Part shown: positions 1 to 12,194 of the stretch, one piece after another
Layout: every line of letters begins with the position of its first letter
How positions within the stretch are numbered: position 1 is the first letter of the stretch
NCBI GenBank assembly: GCA_009602725.1
Contig: WELB01000014.1
Span: forward strand, 254,127-291,813
Direction: 5' to 3'
Source of the DNA: Spirogloea muscicola
Lineage: Eukaryota
DNA: 37,687 nucleotides
Program-made: the position numbers and the translations under genes
Notes under the pieces: generated by a model
Database searches by the model: none
Told to the model about the DNA's origin: nothing
Seen by the model: only the letters and a program-made list of their open reading frames with translations

Positions 1-110
<110 letters not shown>

Positions 111-429
111 GCCCCGCAGAGCGCGGCGCCGCCCGCGGCAGCGGCGCCGGACGCGGCCCTCCGGGTGTCGCCGCCACGTGGGCCTTGGCGAGGCGGCAGA
201 GGTGTGTCGGCGCTCCGGCTTTGGAGCTGCGCGGAGCGACAATGGAGCAGAGCTGCGGCGACGGGACGACTACCAGGGTACCACGGTACGCGTATTGTGG
301 GGCCACTGCGACGACCATCAGGGCGCCACAGTGACCCCCGCCCGCGCTCGCCCCCCCCCCGCCAACTCCTTTATCAATTACCCTTAGGCCGGCTTTCGCC
401 CTAATATCAAGCCTTGGACCCCCTTCGCG

Positions 430-519
430 TAGCGTAGGGCTTCGCTTCTGGTAGCCCAGTTCTTCGCACGCCCTTAGCGTAGGGCTTCGCTTCTGGTAGC
501 CCAGCTCTCCGCACTCCCA
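430..519. repeat. Two-copy ~45-bp tandem repeat
   Basis: tagcgtagggcttcgcttctggtagcccag occurs twice, ~45 bp apart. Confidence 0.8.
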
Positions 520-1706
520 GCTCAGCGCTGCGCTCCCCCAACCCCCCCCGCCTGGGCCTTGCGGCGCGCCCCGAGACCCCGACAGCTTCCGGGCCTCTGT
601 AGAATGCCGTGTACCTTCCTCTGGGCTGGCCCCCACAGCCATCGCCTTACTCCTCAATAGCTTCTTCGTCTGCAAGGAGCCACGCGGAGTCAGCGTGGGC
701 CTGAGCTGGGCTGGCCCTCCGCCCGCTTCGTCTCCTGTGCGCCGTTTGCCTGGCCTTGCACGCCCGCTTCCCGTGATCGGCAATTGCTTGTTTCCGCACA
801 TACCTCCATGCGGGAAGCGTCGTCTCGAGCAGTGTAGCTAACCCTCAGACTGGCCAATCACAGCCACTGCCCATAGAGGAGCTCGAACGCCCATCTTCAC
901 CTTTCTCCCACTTGCAGCCGCCGAGTGGCGCGCACCTCACCTGCATGGGTGCTCGTCGCGACAGTGCACCTCCAACGACAACGGTCAGCCGAACTCGCTG
1001 CCGCCGAGCCAGGGAGTGGTAGCAACTGGCCAGCTTCGTCGGCCGCCAACAAGGCTTCCCAGCCATAGTAGCGGAACTCCCCAGGTTGCCTCTCAGTCAG
1101 GCATACACTTCCAGTGCTCCACAAGGTGCTCGGCCACCAAGATGTTCAGTATTGGTAGTATATGGTGTAGCGCAGAAAGCGAGGCCGTTGCGCACCCTTC
1201 ATCTAAAGGTGAAGGTACCTCATGCATCGTTCCCAGGGTCCAGGCGACAACTCACCATCAGACTTCACACGTGCTCTGAATTTGCACCAAGGTAATTATT
1301 TGCCTGCACTGAGGAGATCATACGCGACAGGCTGGGTGATGCGTGACTCATACAAGCCTCCTTGCCACAAGCTCGCAATCAGGAGACCCACACCAGCCCA
1401 ATTGCACACTGCTGGGCAGCAGGGCGTCTACTCAACTGCGCATACTTGCGAGGGCGTTGTGGAGCTGCAGGTTCGGCTAGGTAAATCAGAAGATCAATTA
1501 GAGTTTCTCTGCCATAACTCTTTGCATAACAGTAGATTGCCGTAGTACTGCCCCATCGTGCTGCCATAGTTTGACAGCATACTCCGGCAACCTACTCATT
1601 TTGCCATTTCTGTGATGGTCCAACGATTCAGATGATGGTAAGCTTGCAGGAGTGGCATAAGGGGGACGAGAGGAGGGCCAGTACTGCCATGATGCCACGG
1701 GCAGCC

Positions 1707-4700
1707 TTACACGCCACCGCCAGCAGTGATGGGGAACATGAACATGCTAATGCCCCAAGGATTGTACTTCTTATTGGAGAATCGGGTCTCGAAGTCAAGG
1801 TTGAATCTGGGGTCGATATATATGGCGGTCGCAATGAATATGAAGACGTACACCTTCCTGGTGCCTTTCTCCTGCACCAGTCCGTAAGGCTGAGGCAAAG
1901 GCACTGTGTTGCCTGTGGCTGCTGGCTTGGGACCCGCCAGAGATACGGATATCTCAGTCAGCGAGCCATGCCATTAATCAATTGCCTAAGACACCTCGTC
2001 GCTAAATTTTGCCAGGCTTTCTTACAGCCCTTGTGCATGTGGGCCATGAATAAGGCAATACCAAACATTTGCCACTTCTACAGCAGTCTGACTTGACAAC
2101 TCGCATACACAAGAAGACAGTGACCTGCAGCCAGACTGATGGATCTAGTGAAGCTCTGAGCTGCGGCTGGTGCATTCACCAGATATGGTCTGATCCAGAG
2201 AGTAATCTGTGACAACAAAGCGGTACGAGTCCTTGGATTTTGAGCCCTGGGTTCCGCAAAATAGGTCAATCCTGAGGCTGTTGGGGGCAGGGGGCGGACG
2301 TCCAGCAACCAGAGAAAGATTGAGGACTTGCTTCACAACGATGGCCGCTTAACTGGTCCAGTCAAAGTACAGCACCTGCACATAGATTGCTCTTTTGGTG
2401 CTGTGGTCAGAGAGGCCAGCATCGACTCAGTGTAGGAGTCTTACGCTGCCTAAGACTGTTATGTTGCTACAAACCTCCAACAAGCCCCTCACAAAGACGG
2501 AATGCAGGGCAGATGCTGTTGAGCGTGATGAGAGAGCTTCAGGTGCTTTCCCTAGGAAACAGACTGAAAGCTGCAGGCATCCTCACCTTGCCGAGACCTG
2601 TGAGCGTTATGAAGCCCACGCGGTAGAAAATGGCAGTCTGGTTGAACAGTCCGCCGGCTGCAAGGTCAAGCTGGCCTGGCAAGGAGCCTGGGCCTAATCC
2701 CGGGACTGTGTTGAGATCCAGCTACTACGGCAGTGTAAGGGGGCTTTGTGGTGACGAGGTAAATCTTGCCACTGTATCTACCTGCAAATCGCCCCGACCA
2801 AGTCTCGTGAGCCCCTGGGTGCACCTTACGTGGTCCGATATCGACAAGTGACAGGGCCATGGAGCTCCTTCCATTGCTTCACATAACCTTGTCTTGTAGA
2901 TGTATATGTACCAATATATCAAGTAGCTTCTGCGCCAAGAGCAGACCGTGTAGGATAGTATCCCATACATGAGCTGGGCAACCACAATACAAAGACTCAC
3001 AGACAACATATGCTCTTGCCTGGACGATGGTAAGAGCTTCGATTGGAGGACTCCAACATTGGTGTCAGGCAACACAGTTGTCTGCTTGGCACTCCGGGTG
3101 GTAAAGTTCCAGATCTGGACTGTGTTGAGAGTGACAATCCCTGCAAAGTCTGGTGCAAACTTTGGAGAGCTTAGGAAGCTGGCTCTTACATGCCCAGCAG
3201 AACACCACCTTCAAGCCCAATGCCTCACAGCACCCAAGAAGAGGACTTGTACGAGCAAGCCTGCAAAGCTTGGGAGTGCAGTTAACCTGAAGATGGCAAG
3301 AAGGTGCTGGTGGGGACCACGTAGTCAGTGGTGAGCAAGAGTCCCAGGGTGGGGTTGACTGCAATGCCCTTGGGTGCAAAGTCTAGCACTGGCTCCGGAG
3401 GATATTCGGCTACAAGGTTGCCGAGGTTGTCAAACCCAGCCACCTCACCTCCAGGGCCTCCTGCAGTGGTGTCTGTTGGAAAGAGTGTTCTTTGTAAACT
3501 CTTGACTGCTAGCTGCATATGGTCTAGGTCTAGCTGTTTTGTGTGGAGCTGCGCTGTAGCGCCTTGGGATGCTCATCACGGACAGCGGTAGACGAGGTCT
3601 AGGGTTTTTGACCCAGGAGTGGGTGGATGGCATGGGCCCCACACGCTGGTTGCCAGGTCAGCGGCTTATCTGCCGGGCTGGCCGACCAGCTCAGCCTCCC
3701 CGCGATTTCCCAATGGGTCGGGCCGGGTTCATAAGACACTGGAGGGCAGGCAGCCCTTGGCTCTTCTCAACACCTTCGGGCCCTCCTAGTCCGGTCGCTC
3801 CCCAGTCGCCGCCGCCGCTGCCGCCGCCGCCGCTGTCGCAGCCGCTGTCGTCGCCACGCCTTGGCAGCCGCTGCATTCTTACAGTGTCAAACAACCGGCA
3901 TAAGTCCATGATGCAACTCTCAAGGCTGGTCCTCCAAGGGAGCCACCCGTCTAGGAGAAGGGGGACAAGCTCCTGACTGACAGCTTGGCACACAAGTGTC
4001 CAGCTGGGTGTTGTCTGACTTCCTATCATTAGCTCCGAGAGATCAACATTATTCGGAAGGGACACAGCCCAACCAGGATGCCGATGGAGGTGAGTCACCC
4101 CAGCTGAGCACGAGGGTGCTTCGAGTACAAGCCTGGCGTGGAGCAGCATGCAGAGAGCTTGCTACAAGCGACGGCAGCAGAAATGAACCATAGGCGTTGC
4201 CCATCATAGTGGCAAGGAAGCCGCCGTTCGCTAGAGGGTAGAAATCCTGGGCAGCCGACGACTTGGGCGGGTTGGTCGATCTCAGCGGCTTGATGTACTT
4301 GGCATCGGTCATGTTCCAGAAGAACACCTCGGAGTGGTTCTTCTTCTGGCCAGTTTAGTAGCTCTGAGACGTTGCTCCGGCCATGAGGTAATTCAAGCTG
4401 GCAATGGACACCGAAGCTGGCTGCACGGCAGAGGAAAGCCAACGTGGAGTTGCGGGAGTCCGCCAGACACGCGCACGGCCTGGGGCTCAGCATGATCTCG
4501 AAAACCTGCTCACGTTTGGCAACGTGCAGACAGGCATCCCCGGGCGTGGCTAAGTGGTAGGCACGGGAGGTCATTCAGGCGTTCCTGGTTGAATGACAAT
4601 GGATGTGACAGTGGATGTTGGGCACAGAGGCCTCAATACCTCGCCCCCAGCAGCGTTGAAGCTGCTGTAGGTGATGATGCTGCCGTAGGGGTGGCCGCCA

Positions 4701-5054
4701 GTCAGAGCGTTGTTCCAGCCGATGATGAACATGGTGTCCCCCTGCATCTTGTTGGTCTCGCCTGCAAGCACGCGGGGAGGGGGGGATTAGGTCCTCTCGG
4801 AGTGATCTCTACGGCGGGCGGCCGAGCGTGGCTGGGAGGCGCAAGCTGAGAGTGCACACGGGGCCGGCTCGAGGCTTGCGAGGCAGTGGGAAGGCGACAA
4901 AGTGGTCCTCCCAACGGGGGCGCTCACACCGGCCCAGGCGTAGAGGAAGTAGCCGTAGGCGTCGTTCTGCACCTCAGGGGGCCTGCGCGGCGCCCGGGCG
5001 GCAGCCGGCGAGGAGCAGGAGCACGAGCAGGAGGACGGGCGGGAGCGCGGCCAT
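1707..5054 (-). pseudogene. Spliced pseudogene of a secreted SBP56 / methanethiol-oxidase-like beta-propeller protein
   Basis: Exons reconstructed by eye: 5054-4930 (signal peptide MAALPPVLLLVLLLLAG..., then YFLYAWAG), 4761-4640, 4420-4189 (VFFWNM...DFYPLANGGFLATMMG), 3460-3287 (VAGFD...VAEYP...GIAVNPTLGLLLTTDYVVPTST), 3140-3020 (TVQIWNF), one unresolved segment, 2781-2587, 2375-2180 (RFVVTDYSLD), 1903-1707 (GTRKVYVF...IDPRFNLDF). Lesions: +1 frameshift in the C5 run at 4977-4981, in-frame TAA at 4357-4355, frameshift near 2720, in-frame TAA at 2351-2349. Confidence 0.7.
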
Positions 5055-5394
5055 GGCGGGCGAGGCCGGAGAGGCGCTGGGCGGGGCGGGATGGAATTGA
5101 AGGGTGGCCAGTCCAAGGCGAATATTAAACTGCTGAGGCAGAAGCTTATGCAAGAATTGGGGCTACATAAAGCGAAATGGCGGGCAGGGGCGGTGAGCTC
5201 CGGGGAGGTGTTGGGCCGGGCAGGCGGCGACTGGCGAGGGCTAGTCCCGCCCGAGGTGGCCAGCCGCCACCCCCCCACCTCGCTGCCACCCTCGCCTGGC
5301 CCGGGGCCCACCGGGAAGACGGAGCAGGAGCTCTCTTTCAGCGGCTTGCCCGCCAGGCCATTGACAGGCGGCCGGGTCTGCCAGGGGCGATGCC

Positions 5395-7520
5395 CGGCTT
5401 CAACGCCGCCGGTTCGCTCGCACAAGTCCTCCGCATGCGCCTGGCCGTATCGCTTCAACGCTCCCTTGCCCACGCCGTCCACACGCGAGCAGGCCGTGCT
5501 ATGGCCGCCGCCTCTGGGTCTCGGCGGAGTGCCTCTTTCCCTGCAGCGAGCTACTCAGACCTGATATTGCTCACTCGTGGGTACTGAGCTTCCCTCTGCA
5601 TCGTCTCTGTGTTCTGCAGTGTTTTGTAGTGTGGTCCTTTTTCCGGCTCCTCTTTCTTTGGCTTTGGACACTGTCCATTCTTTTCTGGGCTGGCTGTGCC
5701 AGCCCCTCTTCTCTACGGGCGCGCACTTCTTCTTTCGCGCAGGCCGCGCTCTGGCGGCGGCCTCCGGCTTCCGTCAGGGCGACGGCTTTCCGCCTGCTAG
5801 CTATTCAGATTTGCATCTACTGACTAGAGGTTACTGAGAGTTCGCTTGCTGCTGTCTCAGTCCTTAGCACTCCGGCTCCTTCAGACCTTGTCCATTCCTT
5901 TGGGCTGGCCTCTCCCAGCCACCAATTAATCTGGCCGCGCTTGCTCTCTTTCCCGAGGGGGCCGGTGGCCGTGGGAATGGATGCAAGCTTCTTTTCCCCC
6001 ATCGGGTGACGCCTGTGAAGACAGTGGAAAGAGGTGAGCTCGTCCCAAGGGGTTGAAACGCCAGCCAGGGCAGAAGGGGGTTCAAGAGCAAGAAGCAAGG
6101 AGCAATCCGAGATGTAGATGGCTCTCCCGAAAAGTGAGGAACGGGACAAGGTCCACAGGCTCGTGGCCACAGCGATCCAGCTGACTAGCTATTCAGGCTG
6201 GCTTTTACAGCCCCCCGGAAGAGCTTGCCTGTTCCTCTTCAGCTAAGCTCACTCGCGGGTACTGAGCTTCCCTCTGCATCGTCTCGTGTTTTGTAGAGTA
6301 GTCCTTGTTCGGCACCTCTTTCTTTGGCTTTGGACATTGTCCATTCTTTTTGGGCTGGCGTCTATCCGCCTGCTAGCAATTCCGACTTGCATCTACTGAC
6401 TAGAGGTTACTGAGAGTCCACTTTGCTGCTGTCTTAGTACTTAGCACTCCTGCTCGTTCAGACCTTGTCCATTCCTTTGGGCTGGCCTCCCCCAGCCACC
6501 AGTCGATCCGGCCGCGCTTTTCCTTTGCCAGCCCCTCTTCTCGTCGGCTCTCTCGTCACGCCATTGCCCGCCGCTTCCATGGGGAGCCGGTGGACTCCCA
6601 TGCAGCAGGGTCGCTAGCGCAGGTGTACCGCATGCGCTTGGCCGTCTCGCTGCAGAGGTCTATGGCCCGCGGGCTGCACCTGCGTGCAGGCAGAGCCCTC
6701 GCTGCTGCCTCCGGCTCTGGCCAGGGGACCCGCTTCCAGGAACCCAGTCTCTCTGACCTGAGGCTGCTTAGCAGGGGTTACTGAGTGCTTCGTAGCTGCT
6801 TCGTTTCTTTTCTGTGCTTGTTGTTCATCGTGCTTCCCCTGGCCCCTTCTCGTCCTTTGTTCATTCTTTTCTGGGCTGGCTTTTTCCAGCCCATATCCTC
6901 AATGGGCGAGCCCTTCTCTCTTCTCTTGGGCGAGCACTTCTTCCTTAAGCCGGCAGAGCCTACAAGGCTGAGCGCAACCCCGCGACGGAAGCGCTGGTCA
7001 ACCACACCCCCCCTATATGGGACCTCCGCTGGCCCCGCCGACGCGGCGGCCCACGCGCCCCCACCGCCGGCGGCGGCGGCCGCGCTACCCGGCGCCGCCC
7101 ATCGCCGCCGCCCAGATGGCAGCCGCCGCTCCGTACCCTCTGTCCTGCCTTCCCTCCTTTCGAGGAAGAAAGTGGCTTCTCCAAATGACTCCAAACAGTT
7201 CTCCAACTTTCTTTGCAGATGGGCTGGCCTTCATACCATGTACACTCTTGCTCTTGGCAGTTCCTCCCCAGGCCGGCTTTCACGGCCCTCGCCCCCTGTG
7301 GAATACACGAAATATTTATTTCGGAAGGAGCTTACTTCCGCATCTTGCCATTCGGCCCCTCCGGAGCTTGCCAAGTCTATTCGGGCTGGCTGTTCACAGC
7401 CCTCGCCCCATCTGGAAGAGCCACATTTCTTTCTTTTCTCTTTTATGGGAAGCGATGCTTCTCTTGCTCACTCGTGGGTACTAGAGTCCCCCTTCAGTTC
7501 ACTTTCATTTTGTTGCCTTA
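5395..7520 (+). mobile_element. Cluster of nested, 5'-truncated 3' ends of an RLE-type non-LTR retrotransposon
   Basis: A repeated C-terminal peptide AGSLAQVxRMRLAVSLQRSxA...SDLxLLTRGY* (stops at 5587, 5837, ~6413, 6784, 7484) resembles the QRxSVALQRGNA end of CRE-type ORFs. Each copy is followed by a shared 3'UTR (ttgtccattctttt-gggctggc...cagccc...gagcacttcttc). Confidence 0.75.
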
Positions 7521-8136
7521 GCCCCTCTCAGCTTGCTCCTCTCAGACATTTCTTTGTGCTGCTTACCCTGGACTGGCTTGCCTGGCCTCCCTTCCATGAC
7601 ATCGCATCGCGCGCCTTCACTTTCCTAGATGAGCTTCGTTTCTTCTGGGCTGACGCCTTTTCCGGCTCCTTCTGGATCATGTCCCATCCTTTGGTGGGCT
7701 GGCGGGCTGGCTTGTCCCAGCCCTCGCCCCCTTATGAAGAGCTGCTTTCAAAATCCTCGCCTTCTTTTGGAAGAAACAGCCTCTTGTGGAAGAAACTAGA
7801 GATACAATGCAAGGTAATGCCGTGAGAAGCCAGCCCAAAGGAATGGACAAATGTGTCTGCAAAATCGAAAGGTGCAAAGTAAATGATGATACAATCCGTG
7901 GTTCCTGCAAATGGACGCTCAGTAAGAGGAACAAGAAGCAGCTCATCCGGGGGCTGTGACTAGCCTGCCCACAGTGAATAAGCAGCTCTTTCACAGGAAA
8001 AGCTGCTGGTTTAGTCCTTTCTTGGGCTGGCCAATCACAGCCATCGCCCATATTCTGCTGGAAGAAGTTTTCTTCCTTTTCTTAGCCATCTGGCATCTCT
8101 AAGCTAACGTGGTATTGGAAGTATGTGCGCTCGGCT

Positions 8137-8690
8137 TCAGGTTTCCCTTCTCCGATCTATGCGCACCGCGCTCTCTGTCTCGCCGCACCTGCGCCCCGCC
8201 CGCGGCCGCCGAGCTCTTGCCCCATCGCCTTTATAGGCCTCCGTAACCACAATATCGACCAAAGCCCGTGGTCCTCCACCAGGTTGCACGCCCACAATGT
8301 CAAGTGTGCGGCGATGATGACGTCCCTGGGCATCCGTGGTGACAGGCATGATGTTGTTCACTTCCGCGACCGCATGGTACCCGGCGCCGTGCATCAAACC
8401 CGCCAGGGCGTTGCAGAGGAGGCTGTGGATGCGCACCACTTCTGGTCCAGTGGGGCAACGCAGCATGTGAGTGGCGAGCTCAGCACCCTCTGCGCGGAAG
8501 CCACACTCACACTGGCGCACCCCAATCAGGCAGTTAGGTGGGAGGCCGAGGAAGAGTTTTAGCAACGTCCGAAAGGCCTCGGAGCTGAAGCTGAAGGCGT
8601 TGGCGACGGCATGTGAGGTGACCCAGTCGGTGGCACCAGGTGTGGCGAGAGAAGTAAGTCGTGCCAGGCTCCTTGGATTGTTCTGAAATT
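8137..8690 (-). mobile_element. Zinc knuckle plus restriction-like endonuclease fragment of a CRE/Zepp-like non-LTR retrotransposon
   Basis: ORF 8137..8565: CECG...THMLRC (CCHC), RIHS (R-H motif), then RTLDIV...ALVDIVVT (PD-(D/E)xK-like core). No RT domain was seen in the window. Confidence 0.75.
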
Positions 8691-8754
8691 CTGGCAGTCC
8701 ACGGGCCTTGGCCTCGAGCCCCTGCTCGAGCTCATAAATTGGAAGAGCTGTTTC

Positions 8755-9665
8755 TTCCAGACCTTGTCCTTCTTTTGGGCTGGCCTCTCACAGCCACCAG
8801 TCATTTTGGAAGTGCTGCTTTCTTGCACCCGGCGAGCGCGCAGCGCTGTATCCCGACGTCACCAGGAGGAGCAGGCCACTTCAACGCGGCAGGCCCTCTC
8901 GCCCAGGTGTATCGCATGCGCCTGTCAGTATCGCTGCAGCGGTCAATGACACACGCGTTGAATCGGCGTGCCGGTCGCTCGTTGAGTGCAGCCTCTGGCT
9001 GTAGACAGGGACCCCGCTAATTTCTTTGGAGGCTCATTTCTCTGACCTGCGGCTGCTAAGGGGGGGCTATTGCGCACCCAAAGGCCACTTGAGTCGCAGT
9101 GCTCTAAGGCTTTTCTGGCCCCTTTGGATTTTGTTCGTTCTTTTTCTGGGCTTGCCAATCACAGCCATCGCCCTATCCTGTAAGGTTCTTTCTTCCACAG
9201 CCCTCGCCCCCTTTAGGAGAGTTGATGTTTCCCAGCGGCTAGTCTTTCTGACCTGCGGCTGCTAACTAAAGATTACCAAGTGACCATCCTTTGTGGTACT
9301 TGCTTACTTGTGTCTTTCGGCGCTTTCCGGCCCCTGCGGACCTTTGTCCACTTTTTCCGGGCAGGATTTCACAGCCCTCGCCACACGCGCTTATTCTCTC
9401 TATTAATCTTGATGCCAACAGCGTCCTTGCCATTGATGTCGACGAGGGGCAGTTGCGAGCATGTGCACGCATACATACGGCAAGTTACTCTTCTTTCTTC
9501 TTCTTTCTTCTTAGTTACTCGGACTTGCTGCTGCTCACTCGCGGGTAGTGAGCTTCCTTCTGCGGTCATATAGTGTCTAGTTGTGGTGTTTGCTTTTGTT
9601 CCGGCTCCCTTTGGCTCTTTGGACCTTGTCCATTCGTTTTGGGCTGGCCTTTCCCAGCCCCTACT
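8755..9665 (+). mobile_element. Second cluster of retrotransposon 3' fragments
   Basis: HFNAAGPLAQVYRMRLSVSLQRSMTHALNRRAG at ~8875-9018, SDLLLLTRG at 9515-9548, and repeated gggctggc...cagccc UTR motifs. Confidence 0.7.
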
Positions 9666-9699
9666 GTAATAGATATAAGAGGAGACTCCTTAAATGTGT

Positions 9700-10510
9700 G
9701 CAGAGTTAAGCGCTAACATGTGACCTTTTGACGCGCACGCAACTGACGCGTGCGACGCGCGCGCGACGCGCGTGCGACGCGCGCGCGAACCGCAAGGTGA
9801 CGCGCGGTGTGACACGCCTGCTCACAACGTGACGTGCAGGCGCGCCGCCTCTAGAAGAAGGCGGCGCATCTTGGGTCCCAGAGAGGAGATTCTCGGCGGG
9901 TTCTCGAACCGGCCGCCGGGACACGTGTGGCGCGCCTACGGGCCTATGCCGCGCAGAGCGGCGCCGCCAGGCGGCGCCGCAGGGCGGTGCCGTTGGGCCG
10001 CGCCGCAGGACGGCCGCCCGCTTCCAGAAGGGAGCCGTGTGGCTTGCTCTCGCAATAGGATCCCCTTGTGGGCCCCGCCTTCTCGAAGGTGGGCCTTGAG
10101 ACTAGCCTCCCGGAGACCCCTGGGGAGGGTGGCACATGAAGCACTACAATTAGGGCTGAGAGCACACGGCGGTACCCGGTCACGATCAGTGAGGCCCGCG
10201 AGAGAGGCGCAGCCATGCTGCCGCCTGCTGCCGCAGCTCGCCGACGCAGCCCTGCTGCTGCCTGCTGCTGCAGCCTGTCGCCGCAAACCGTCGCTGCGGA
10301 TCTTCCTCGGCTCTCCTGTAAGTAAGACCGTGACTGCTTCCCCTGAGGACAGTTGCTGGCCCGTACCTGAGAGGTGAGTCGCCGCCTGTCGGCAGCGCCT
10401 CAGGGCAAGGTATTCCGCTGCGTGGTACAAGTGGTGCTTCGTTGTGCTGGGGGTTTATCTCTAAACCCCAGTGCCCGAAACCAATAAGGACGTCCTAACC
10501 CTAACTGTGT
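9700..10510 (+). repeat. Unclassified dispersed repeat, copy A (CpG-rich head, gctgcc-rich block, telomere-like tail)
   Basis: Collinear, diverged similarity to 22800-23377. Confidence 0.5.
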
Positions 10511-10789
10511 GTTTTCGGATCAGAACGTCACGCCTACCCTCTATGGGCGAGCACTTCTCTGCATACACGAGCGCAGATAGGGCAATGAACAAAACTCTCG
10601 CGGAGACTCGCGAAGCATCAAGCAGCGCATGCAGTCATACGGGTCAAACGGGCGGGTGAGTGCGCTTGAGTGCAATTCGGCTATGTTTTTGTGTGGCATC
10701 GCAAATGCTGTTCGAAAGTGCCTGGGCACGAGAAACTCTTGTAGAATCACGCGCGCATAGGGGAAGCTCCGGCCACGTAAGGAGATAGG

Positions 10790-11490
10790 GGAAAAAGATA
10801 TGGGAATCGAGAAGCTTCCCTTTAAGAAACACGCGCTTCCGTTGGCATTGGAAATCGTAACGGAAGCTGAAGGCTGGGCACAAAGAAGCGACACAAGGGT
10901 AGCATCACCAGCAGGCGCTGGCTGGCGGGCAGCGGCCACTCCGATTTTGGCCAGCCGGTGCCCCAATAGACCGTCCCACATCTCCTGCAAAGCATCTCCG
11001 AGGGCGGCGCCGGAGATGCCCTTAGGCTGGATGCTCGCCGGAAATTCCGGCTCGAGCGTGGGCCCCGCGCCCGGGGCGACCACGCTCGGGCGGGGAGCGA
11101 GTACCTACGGGACTAAGGTGCGCCAGGCGAGGGGCCTGCGCGCACGGAGGCTGGCGGTGGCCCGCATCTTCGGAAAAGGGATCTGGCGACATGGAGCGTG
11201 TGCGGCGCCTGCGGCGGCGGCGACGGCGGCAAGAGCGGCGCAGACGGCGGCGGCGGAGGCTCCGGCGGGCCCGGGAAGGGCATCTTAGGCGGGGCCCGGC
11301 AAGGGCATATGTCAGGCAGGCGAGGCGTGGGAGCACGGAGAAGCGGTGGGCGCGGCCGCCAGCCTACTGCTCCCTTGTCGGTAATGCCGCGTATACCTCC
11401 CCATCTATAGTCACATGCCTGGACTCGATCTCTGACCACTCCTACCTCAAACCTTCGCAATTTCTGTCCAAGCAACCGCCATCCCAGGGA
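10790..11490 (+). promoter_or_regulatory. Orphan diverged copy of the PstS-like gene promoter/5'UTR with no CDS
   Basis: Contains agaagcttccc...cacgcgcttccgt, ggtgcgccaggcgaggggcctgcgcgcacgg (11117, same as 18454) and accactcctacctcaaaccttcgc (matches the 5'UTR). It ends at a minus-strand retro UTR at ~11490-11540. Confidence 0.55.
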
Positions 11491-12194
11491 AAAAAAAGTG
11501 GCTCCTTCAATGGGGCGAGGGCTGTGAACAGCCAATCCTAAACGAGTTGACAAGGTCCGAAGTGGCCAAAAGCCGCTTTTCCGAAGCCTTCGCTGTGGGA
11601 AAATCATTTGGTAAGCGATCGCAGGGCTTGCCCGTGGGAGATCTGTTCGTGCCAGCCTCGACCAGGCGCGAAGAGTTGCAGGGAAGATTCCAAGATACCC
11701 AGAAGCTTCCCCCTAAAATCACGCGCTTCCGTGGATATTGGACAAGGACATCGCAGCGGTCCCTAAAGACCGGGCACAAATGATTAGCGCATAAGAGGTC
11801 GCCCTACTAGCAGGGAAGGGGGATCAGCAACGCCTCGGAAGTGACCGACTAGTGCCCTTTCCGTTGCTCACCAACGATTCCCGCCAGAGCATCCCAAGAA
11901 TGCGCGCAGGATGCTCTGCAGCGCCATATGCGCCGGGCATCGCTGGGAGAGCGGAGGCACGGGCCGGATCGGACCCGATCCGGCGACAGCGGCACGGCGG
12001 CGGTGGAGGCGGCGCCGCGCTCGGCGGGGGAATCTCCGCGGGGCAACGCGTGGCCGCTCGGTGGCGCGCAAGTGCGGCTGGAGATGCCGCGAGGCTCACC
12101 CCCCATAAGCGACCACGCCTCGCCCCGCTCCACCACCACTCCCACCTCGCACCCTCGCCTCCCACGCTCCTCCGCACCCACCGCCCCAGGCGCC

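Noticed and set aside
3590..4150. GC-rich island with a telo-box inside the pseudogene intron as a separate gene
   Set aside because: The ORFs have no recognisable motif. It is probably an inserted repeat fragment.
845..4574. First read as a degenerate LINE/RT on the minus strand
   Set aside because: No RT motifs found. 1707-5054 is explained by the spliced SBP56-like pseudogene. 845-1700 remains unidentified.
6785..7825. 346-aa ORF
   Set aside because: Reads through concatenated retro UTR fragments, is low-complexity and has no recognisable domain.
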